DNA of 24,000 bases from Massilia aerilata (lineage in GTDB: Bacteria > Pseudomonadota > Gammaproteobacteria > Burkholderiales > Burkholderiaceae_D). Below are positions 8,425 through 14,703 of the stretch, piece after piece. The stretch covers positions 570,221 to 594,220 of the forward strand of contig NZ_JBHSMZ010000004.1 of assembly GCF_042656905.1 (NCBI RefSeq), written 5' to 3'. The notes under the pieces are model-generated. The model was given only the letters and a program-made list of their open reading frames with translations, ran no database searches and was not told where the DNA came from. The number at the start of each line of letters is the position of its first letter. The first letter of the stretch is position 1. The position numbers were made by a program, and so were the translations under genes.

Positions 8425-8439
8425 TGTTGCTATGCAACA
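8425..8439. repeat. Perfect palindrome TGTTGC-TAT-GCAACA about 55 bp upstream of the GGDEF-EAL gene (an extra GCAACA half-site at 8354-8359)
   Basis: Read directly in the AT-rich 5' region. Function unknown. Confidence 0.5.
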
Positions 8440-8491
8440 ATGAATAATCCTCAGTAGAAATTCTCTGTGGGGTAAGTGAGAAGAACGCTCC

Positions 8492-10792
8492 ATGGGAACC
8501 TATTACGACATCGATCACTGGCGCTCCAGGGTCTTCGCGTCCCTGCTGTCGTACGTGGTCATGCTGGGTACGCTCGCCGCGGTGCCGAGTATCGGCCTCT
8601 CGATCAGCGAGGGCCTGTGGCCGGTCGCCCTGATGGACAGCGTGGCGCTGGCCTGGGTGGCCGTGCTGTGGCGCATGCCGCGCCTGAACTACACCTTCCG
8701 CGTCCTCAACTTCCTCGCGATCCTCTACCTGATCGGCATCGGCCTGATGCTCACGGTCGGTCCGGTCAGCCAGATCTTCCTGATGGCGCTGCCCGTGCTG
8801 GGCGTGGTCCTGCTGGGCATGCGGTCGGCGCTGGCCGCGCTGGGCCTGAGCGGCGCCACCATCTTCGTGCTCGGCCTGACCGGCTATGCCAGGCTGTACG
8901 TCACCGGCATGGAAGAGCATGCGCTGCTGCCCTGCCTGATCGTCACCCTGAACTACCTGTTCGTCGGCGCGCTGATTACCCTGACCTGCGGCAGCCTGCT
9001 GCAGCGCCTCGATAATTCGATGGCGGAGCTGGGCCGCACCGCCGACTCGCTCGAGGAAGGCCACGCCAGGCTGCACGAGCTGAACGCCGAGCTGCGCCTG
9101 ACCTCGGCCGCGGTCGCGCGCCTGAACGACATGGTCCTGATCGCCAGGGTGGTCGACGACGCCGGCGCCGAGCAGCCGATCATCTTCGCCAACGACGCCT
9201 TCGTGCGCCGCACCGGCTACACGCGCGACGAAGTGGTGGGCAGCAGCATGCGCCTGCTGCACGGCCCCGAGACCGACCAGATCGAGGTCGCCCGCATCTT
9301 CGGCGCCATGGCGCGCGGCGAAGCCGCCAAGGCCGAGCTGGTGAACTACACCCGGCGCGGCGAAAAATACTGGGTCGAGATGGAGCTGGTGCCCTTCGCC
9401 GACGAAGGCGGCCGCAACACGCACTGGGTGGTGGTCGGGCGCGACATCACCGAGCGCCGCAACGCCGCCGACGCCATCCACCGCCTCGCGTTCTACGACG
9501 TCCTCACCGGACTGCCGAACCGGCGCCTGCTGATCGAACGCCTGGACGCCATGGTCGCGCGCGCGCACGCGGCGGCCGGACTGGGCGCGGTGCTGTTCAT
9601 CGATCTCGACAACTTCAAGACCATCAACGATGCGCGCGGCCACGCCATCGGCGACAACATGCTCAAGCACGCGGCGCAGCGCGTGGCGGCCGCGCTGCGC
9701 CAGGGCGACACGGTGGCGCGCCTGGGCGGCGACGAATTCGTGGTGGTGCTCGAGAACCTGGGCCCGGACGCGCAGCGCGCGACCTGCGCGGCGCAGGTGG
9801 TGGCGGAGAAGATCCGCGGCGCGCTGGCCGAGCAGGTCGAGATCGGCGGCCAGCTGTATCACGCCTCGGCCAGCATCGGCATCGCGCTGCCGCTGCGCAG
9901 TGGCCAGACCGGCCACGATCTGCTGCGCGAGGCCGATACCGCGATGTACCACGCCAAGGTGGCGGGCCGCAACGGCGTGACCCTGTTCGAAGCCGGCATG
10001 CTGGCCGAGGCGGAGCGCAAGCTGACGCTGGAACGCGACTTCGCCGCCGCGATGGAAAACGGCGAACTGTCGATGTACCTGCAACTGCAGATCGATCACC
10101 TGCGCATGCCGGTGGGCGCCGAGCTGCTGATGCGCTGGCAGCGCCCGGACGGCAGCTTCGTGCCGCCGGACGTCTTCATCCCGGCCGCCGAATCGAGCGG
10201 CCTGATTTATCCGCTCGGCCAGTGGGTGCTGCGCCAGGCCTGCGAATACTGGCTGCGCCTGGACCGCGCCGGCCTGGCGGTGCCGCTGTCGATCAACGTC
10301 AGCCCGCTGCAGTTCCGCCAGCCGGAGTTCGTCGAGCAGGTCTGCGCGGTCCTGGTCGAAACCGGCGCCCCGGCCAGCCAGCTGATCTTCGAAGTGACCG
10401 AGGGCCTGCTGGTGAGCGACCTGAACGAGACCATCGCGCGCATGCACGAACTGGCGCAGATGGGCATCCGCTTCTCGATCGACGATTTCGGCACCGGCTA
10501 TTCGAACCTGGCCTACCTGAAGAAGATGCCGCTGTACGAACTGAAGATCGACAAGAGCTTCATCCGCGACACCCCCGGCGACGTCAACGGCACCGCGATC
10601 GTGCAGTCGATCCTGGCGATGGCCGACCACCTGGGCCTGCGCGTGGTGGCGGAAGGCGTCGAGACCGACCAGCAGGCCAGCTTCCTGGCCGCCAACCGCA
10701 AGCCGGCCATGCAGGGCTTCCTGTTCTCGCGCCCGGCGCCGCTGGAAGAGTTCATGACGCAGATGCGCTCCTGGCGCGCCAGGGCGGCGTAG
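8492..10792 (+). CDS. Membrane-anchored PAS-GGDEF-EAL protein (putative bifunctional diguanylate cyclase/c-di-GMP phosphodiesterase)
   Basis: About 5-6 N-terminal TM helices and a PAS domain at about residues 205-322. The GGDEF domain has an intact RLGGDEFVV. The EAL domain has ELLMRW, SINVS, EVTE, DDFGTGYS, KIDKSF, EGVET and QGF elements. Confidence 0.9.
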   Translation: MGTYYDIDHWRSRVFASLLSYVVMLGTLAAVPSIGLSISEGLWPVALMDSVALAWVAVLWRMPRLNYTFRVLNFLAILYLIGIGLMLTVGPVSQIFLMALPVLGVVLLGMRSALAALGLSGATIFVLGLTGYARLYVTGMEEHALLPCLIVTLNYLFVGALITLTCGSLLQRLDNSMAELGRTADSLEEGHARLHELNAELRLTSAAVARLNDMVLIARVVDDAGAEQPIIFANDAFVRRTGYTRDEVVGSSMRLLHGPETDQIEVARIFGAMARGEAAKAELVNYTRRGEKYWVEMELVPFADEGGRNTHWVVVGRDITERRNAADAIHRLAFYDVLTGLPNRRLLIERLDAMVARAHAAAGLGAVLFIDLDNFKTINDARGHAIGDNMLKHAAQRVAAALRQGDTVARLGGDEFVVVLENLGPDAQRATCAAQVVAEKIRGALAEQVEIGGQLYHASASIGIALPLRSGQTGHDLLREADTAMYHAKVAGRNGVTLFEAGMLAEAERKLTLERDFAAAMENGELSMYLQLQIDHLRMPVGAELLMRWQRPDGSFVPPDVFIPAAESSGLIYPLGQWVLRQACEYWLRLDRAGLAVPLSINVSPLQFRQPEFVEQVCAVLVETGAPASQLIFEVTEGLLVSDLNETIARMHELAQMGIRFSIDDFGTGYSNLAYLKKMPLYELKIDKSFIRDTPGDVNGTAIVQSILAMADHLGLRVVAEGVETDQQASFLAANRKPAMQGFLFSRPAPLEEFMTQMRSWRARAA

Positions 10793-10796
10793 CCGT

Positions 10797-11696
10797 TCAG
10801 GTCCTGACGGCGGCCAGGGCCTGGCGGCCGGCGTCCAGCGTCGGCAGCAGGCGCACGCCGGCCACGCCCTCGAGGCGCGCCACGCCGGCGCCGCCGGCCC
10901 ACAGCTCGACCTCCGGCGGCAAGGCCTGGCGCAGCTGGGCCAGCACGGGCCCCACCTGGCGCCGCGAATAAGCTGCCGAGAAGGACAGGGCCACGATGCC
11001 GGCGCCGTACGCGCTTGCCGCGCGCGCGATGTCGAGCAGCGGCGTTTCGAGGCCGAGCGAGATGCAGTTGGCGCCTTCGAGCGAGAACAGGGCCTCGGCC
11101 ATCAGGAGGCCGAGGCCGTGCCCTTCGCCGGGGACGGTGGTCATCAGGATGCGCGGGCCCTGGCGCGCGGCGGGCAGGTCGGCGATCGCCTGGCGCAGCT
11201 GCTGCTGGGCCGACTCGGTATAGAAATGTTCGTCGAAGACGTCGAAGCTGCCGTCTTCCCAGCACGCGCCGACGGCCGTGGTCAGCGGCGCCATGGTGTG
11301 CTCGACGAAGCGCTCCAGGCCCTGGCGCGCCAGCGACTGGCGCAGCGCGTGGCGGAACACGGCCGGGTCGCGCGCGCGGATCGTTTCCAGCAGGCGGGCG
11401 ATGGCGCCGTTCTGGCCCTCGTCGTCCGCGGCGCGCTGCGGCGCCGCCAGCGCGGCCAGTTCGCCATGCTCCAGCGCGGCCAGCGCGCCGGGCCGGTGGC
11501 CCTGGTCCATCAAGCGCTTCATCAGGCGCAGGCGTTCGACCTGCTCGCCCGGGTAGCAGCGTTCGCCGTTCGCGTCGCGCACCGGCTGCGGGAAGCCGTA
11601 GCGGCGTTCCCAGACCCGCAGCACGTCCTTGGACAGGCGCGTCTCGCGCTCGACGGCGGCGATGCTGAAAGTGGGCGATGTGATGGTGGCGTTCAT
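10797..11696 (-). CDS. CarH/LitR-type MerR-family transcriptional regulator with a cobalamin-binding photoreceptor domain
   Basis: N-terminal MerR HTH FSIAAVERETRLSKDVLRVWERRYGFPQPVRDANGERCYPGEQV. W146-x9-E156-H157 (ACWEDGSFDVFDEH) matches the CarH Wx9EH signature. E191-G-H193-G-L-G196 matches the B12 lower-ligand motif E/DxHxxG, followed by ...LGLETP...SFS...GGAG. It is collinear with Thermus CarH as I remember it. Its ATG overlaps the upstream stop (ATGA at 11693-11696). Confidence 0.85.
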   Translation of the reverse strand: MNATITSPTFSIAAVERETRLSKDVLRVWERRYGFPQPVRDANGERCYPGEQVERLRLMKRLMDQGHRPGALAALEHGELAALAAPQRAADDEGQNGAIARLLETIRARDPAVFRHALRQSLARQGLERFVEHTMAPLTTAVGACWEDGSFDVFDEHFYTESAQQQLRQAIADLPAARQGPRILMTTVPGEGHGLGLLMAEALFSLEGANCISLGLETPLLDIARAASAYGAGIVALSFSAAYSRRQVGPVLAQLRQALPPEVELWAGGAGVARLEGVAGVRLLPTLDAGRQALAAVRT

Positions 11697-12961
11697 GGAA
11701 CAGCCATTCTAGCGCGGCAGAGCAGGGCCGCGCCATCGTAGCGGATCACGGCCAGCAGGCGCCGCAGGTCCTGGTCGAGGCGCCGCTCGGCGCCGGCCAA
11801 GGGCACCAGTTCGGCGATGCGCGCCATGCAGTCGAGCAGGCCGGCCCCGAGCCGGCGCGGCAGGCCGTCCGGGTGGCGCAGGGCGCAGGCCTGGCGCACC
11901 GCCACCAGCAGCGCCGCCGCCACCTGTTCCGTCAGTTCGACCGCGCGCAGGCAATCGCGCGCCGCGATCATGCCGGTGCCGGCCTTGTGGACCACCGCGT
12001 CCGGCGTCAGCCTGAGCGCCTCCGCGGTCCAGGCAGAAACGCTGGCCTGCAGCGCCTTCAGGCCGTGGCCGCCGGCCGCGCTGCGCAGGCCGGGCGGCAG
12101 GCCCTTGCCGGCGCAAGCGTCGGCCACCAGCGCCATCTGCTGTTCGAACAGGTCGGCGAGCTTGGTCACCGCATTCTTCATGCCTTCCATCGCGAACCTC
12201 AGGTGGCCGGCGTGGTCCTGGAAAAGCGGATCGCCGCCGGCGCTGTTCAGTTCCAGTTCGATGTGGCCGATCATCCAGGGCAGGGCGTCCGCCAGGACCC
12301 CGATCACCTGCGGCGCGCAGCGCAGCGGCGCCAGGTCGTGCGGCCGCACGGCGCCCGTCGCCTGGCCGAGGTCGTCGCGGATCCAGCCGGCCGCGCGCAG
12401 CGTGCCGGGGTAGGGCCGGGCCGCGAACAGGGCCTGGTCGAAGTGGGCGGCGTTGGCGTCCAGGGCGACGGCGGCCAGCGCCGCGATGCGGCCGGCCAGC
12501 CTGCACAGGCTTCGCGCGCGCACCGCCGCCAGGCAGGCCAGGCCGGTCATGGCGGCGTCGCGGTCGATCAGTGCCTGGTCCTCGGCGGCCAGCGCCGGCG
12601 GCGCGTCGTCCTCGAGCAGGGCGGCCAGCCGCCGCAGCGCGTCCATGCCGGCGCCGGACCCGCCCTGGCACAGCGAAGCCAGGCGCACCGCGAGGATCGC
12701 GCGGGTCTGCTCCGGCGTGAAAGGCGTGTCCAGGCCGGCGCCGTGCCAGCTGAAGAGCCGCTGCGGCGCATCGCCATCGCCGGCCAGGCGCTTGAGCCGC
12801 GCGGCGCCGGCCTCGATGCGGTCGGCAAAGGCCGGGTCGCCGGACAGTACCGGCCGGGCGCGGCCCGCGGCCAGGGCCTCGATTTCGTCCACGGTGACCG
12901 GGCCGGCGCCAAACACCACGGCGGGCAGGCCGCCGGCCGGGAGGTCGATCTGCATGATCAT
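11693..12961 (-). CDS. Histidine/tyrosine ammonia-lyase-fold protein (TAL position in the pyp cluster), apparently lacking the MIO Ala-Ser-Gly loop
   Basis: 422 aa. These segments align to P. putida HutH (from memory): [51 protein letters not shown] with [71 protein letters not shown] with [20 protein letters not shown]; and NSAGGDPLF with NAVSDNPLVF. No GS(V)GASGDLAPL segment and no YGxNTGFG segment is present. The start was chosen at the ATGA overlap with the pcl stop (12958-12961). The track start at 13417 lies inside pcl. Confidence 0.75.
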   Translation of the reverse strand: [422 protein letters not shown]

Positions 12962-14175
12962 GGGGCGATGCTCCAGTCGGCGGGCTTGCCCAGCATGCCG
13001 CGCGGGATGCGTTCGCCCAGCGTGATCGCCTTCGGGCGCTCCGGCGCGGCCAGTCTGGCGTCGGTCCAGGCGCGCAGTTCCTGGATAAAGCCTTCGCCGG
13101 CGCCGGCGCGCGGCACGATGAAGGCTTTCAGGCGCTGGCCTTCGTCGGGGCGCATCAGGCGCACGGCGGCGTCCTCGACCAGCGGGTGCTCGAGCAGGAC
13201 CTGGCGCACGCGCTCCGGGAAGACGTTGACGCCGCCCACCTGCACCGCGCTGTCGCGGCGCGGACCGAGCGTAAACCGGTCGTCGCCGCACCAGGCCAGG
13301 CTGTCCTGCGGGTGCAGGGCCTGTGCTTCGCCATCGGGGCCGCGGCGCAGCAGCGCATCGCCGGCCCGTTCGATGTGCGGCAGCAGGCGGTAAGGATCGC
13401 GGTGCGAGGCGCGCCAACCCAGGCCGCCGGTCTCGGAAGCGCCATACACCTGGACCAGCGCCAGGCCCGCGGCTTCGGCGCGTTCGGCCACCGCATCGGG
13501 GCAGGGCGCAGTCGAACTGACGCCGGTCACGTCATTGGGGAAGTCCTGGTCCGCGCCCAGCGCCGCCTGCCAGAACTGCGGATGGCCGATCGCCAGGTCG
13601 CCGGGCAGCAGGTGGCGGGCCAGCTGCGACGGCAGGCGCGCGCGCACGCTCAGCACCTGGTCCGCTTCGAGTCCGAGATGGCGCGGCAGCAGCACGCCGA
13701 ACAGGAAACCGTAGATGTGATGCGCCGGCACCGCCAGCAGCAGGCGCCGGCGCCCGCTGAACAGCGTGGCCAGGCTGGCCGCTTCCTGCTCCAGCGTGGC
13801 GAGGGCGTGCGCGCAGCGTTTCGGTTCGCCGGTGCTGCCGGAAGTGCGGAAAGTCAGTTCGGCATCGCGGTGCTGCAGGCCCGCGGTGGCGATGTCGAGC
13901 CAGTCGCCGAGGGTGCGGCGCGCCAGCAGGTAGTCTTCGACGCCGCTGTGCTGCAGCTGCAGGGCCTCGGCCAGCGCGCCCGCCAGCTGCAGCAGCTCGA
14001 GCGAATCGACGCCCAGGTCCTGTTGCAGCGACAGCGAGGGCTTCCAGCCGTCCGGCAGCAGCAGCGGGTCGTGGCGCAGCGCCGCCAGCTCGCCCGCCAC
14101 CAGATCGGCGACGAAGCGCAGCAGGGCGCTGCGGTCGGCCCACCACGGGGCAAGAAGTGCGCTCGGTGCTTGCAT
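12958..14175 (-). CDS. Adenylate-forming enzyme, p-coumarate ligase-like (pCL position), with an N-terminal carrier-protein-like domain
   Basis: 405 aa. AMP-binding core motifs: FRTSGSTGEPK (A3), YGASETGG (A5), RRDSAVQVGGVNVFPERVRQVLLEHPLVEDAAV (A8) and a terminal GKPADW Lys. Residues ~20-90 contain LQQDLGVDSLELLQLAGALAEAL, which resembles a phosphopantetheine-attachment site. The ATG is 4 nt after the pyp stop. Confidence 0.8.
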   Translation of the reverse strand: MQAPSALLAPWWADRSALLRFVADLVAGELAALRHDPLLLPDGWKPSLSLQQDLGVDSLELLQLAGALAEALQLQHSGVEDYLLARRTLGDWLDIATAGLQHRDAELTFRTSGSTGEPKRCAHALATLEQEAASLATLFSGRRRLLLAVPAHHIYGFLFGVLLPRHLGLEADQVLSVRARLPSQLARHLLPGDLAIGHPQFWQAALGADQDFPNDVTGVSSTAPCPDAVAERAEAAGLALVQVYGASETGGLGWRASHRDPYRLLPHIERAGDALLRRGPDGEAQALHPQDSLAWCGDDRFTLGPRRDSAVQVGGVNVFPERVRQVLLEHPLVEDAAVRLMRPDEGQRLKAFIVPRAGAGEGFIQELRAWTDARLAAPERPKAITLGERIPRGMLGKPADWSIAP

Positions 14176-14179
14176 GGGC

Positions 14180-14569
14180 TTACAGGCGCTTCACGAAAAT
14201 CCAGTAGGTGCCGTCGCTGATGGCCTTCTTCATGTGGATTTTTACTTTTGTCGGGGTCATTTTGTAGTCGAACACGTACTCGAACATCGTGTTCAGGTTA
14301 CTCGCGCGCACGCCGGCGTCGAACACGCCCTTGAAGCGCGCGGTGTTGGTGCAGGGCGCGACGTCGCGGAAGAAGTTGGTGCCGATCACGGCGCCGGCGT
14401 GGCGGCCGGTGATGTCGGCTTCGGCCTGATTGTAGCGCAGGACCTTGCCCTGGCCATCGAGCTGGATGGCGCCGAAAGCCAGTTCGTCGATCTGCTTGCC
14501 CGACAGCTGTGACAGCTTGTTGTCGATGTCGTCCTTGCCGAAGGCGATTACGTTGAGGGTAGACAGCAT
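14180..14569 (-). CDS. pyp: Photoactive yellow protein (blue-light PAS photoreceptor, p-coumaroyl-Cys chromophore)
   Basis: 129 aa. It aligns end to end with Halorhodospira halophila PYP as I recall it, at roughly 60% identity by hand count. Examples are [51 protein letters not shown] and YW.FVKR. Pocket residues are conserved: Y46/E50/T54/R56/C73 correspond to Hh Y42/E46/T50/R52/C69. A strong SD (AAGGAG) lies 6 nt upstream. Confidence 0.95.
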   Translation of the reverse strand: MLSTLNVIAFGKDDIDNKLSQLSGKQIDELAFGAIQLDGQGKVLRYNQAEADITGRHAGAVIGTNFFRDVAPCTNTARFKGVFDAGVRASNLNTMFEYVFDYKMTPTKVKIHMKKAISDGTYWIFVKRL

Positions 14570-14607
14570 GGTGCTCCTTTTATCTTTGTATGCAATTGAA
14601 CCATAGT

Positions 14608-14673
14608 TTTGTCTAGGACAAAGCGCGATTGTATATTACTTTTTGGAAACAATGCTTATTTGTCCTGGACAAA
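14608..14673. promoter_or_regulatory. Dyad-symmetric operator-like array: TTTGTCTAGGACAAA (14608-14622), ATTGT (14628-14632), ACAAT (14649-14653), TTTGTCCTGGACAAA (14659-14673)
   Basis: Read directly in the pyp/gluQ divergent intergenic region. The two 15-bp palindromes are 51 bp apart centre to centre, and the inner half-sites mirror each other about 14640/14641. Possible promoters overlap palindrome A. On the plus strand this is TTGTCT-17-TATATT (14609-14637). On the minus strand it is TAGACA-19-TACAAA (14615 down to 14585). Promoter calls are weak. Confidence 0.45.
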
Positions 14674-14703
14674 GTTTCGACTGTCGCCCTTGGGAGACGC
14701 GGT

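Noticed and set aside
9104-9457. The PAS domain of the GGDEF-EAL protein looks LOV-like (IIFANDAFVRRTGYTRDEVVGSSMRLLHGPETD ... NYTRRGEKYWVEMELVPF ... VVVGRDIT), which would suggest a third photoreceptor at this locus.
   Set aside because: The adduct-forming Cys of GxNCRFLQG is Met here (M253, codon 9248-9250). The flavin-contacting FWN Asn and the terminal Gln are Val and Arg, and the Q of RFLQ is His. This pattern is common in non-flavin PAS domains of c-di-GMP enzymes, so a light-sensing call is not supported. A flavin-binding assay would be needed to revive it.
8366-10630. 754-aa minus-strand ORF, plus several alternate-frame plus-strand ORFs, across the GGDEF-EAL gene.
   Set aside because: It is antisense or out of frame relative to a gene with clear PAS/GGDEF/EAL motifs, and no motifs of its own are recognisable.
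10513-11736. 407-aa minus-strand ORF and Arg/Pro-rich alternate frames overlapping the carH-like gene.
   Set aside because: These are alternate frames with extreme Arg/Pro/Gly/Ala composition. The 10797-11696 frame carries the MerR and B12 motifs.
11693-13417. Track start codons giving long N-terminal extensions: tal-like from 13417, blaI-like from 19926, the response regulator from 21196, the GNAT from 18908, gltA from 4950, DUF3297 from 7148, NTF2-like from 7728 and gluQ from 14629.
   Set aside because: The extensions overlap upstream genes or AT-rich intergenic DNA and are Arg/Pro-rich. Internal starts coincide with SD sequences or ATGA/GTGA coupling and with the N-termini of homologues.
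11873-14220. Long plus-strand ORFs (11873-13393, 13186-14220, 12453-13025) opposite the tal-like and pcl genes.
   Set aside because: These are high-GC antisense artefacts. Homology signal (AMP-binding motifs, HAL-fold segments) exists only on the minus strand.
14637-14660. TGG...GC spacing suggested sigma-54 promoters at TTTGGAAACAATGC (pyp/gluQ region) and at TTTGGAAAGATTGGCAT (16441-16458).
   Set aside because: The GG-to-GC spacing is 7-9 nt rather than the required ~10 (TGGCAC-N5-TTGC), and no enhancer-binding protein gene is nearby. The shared TTTTGGAAA 9-mer is short enough to arise by chance.
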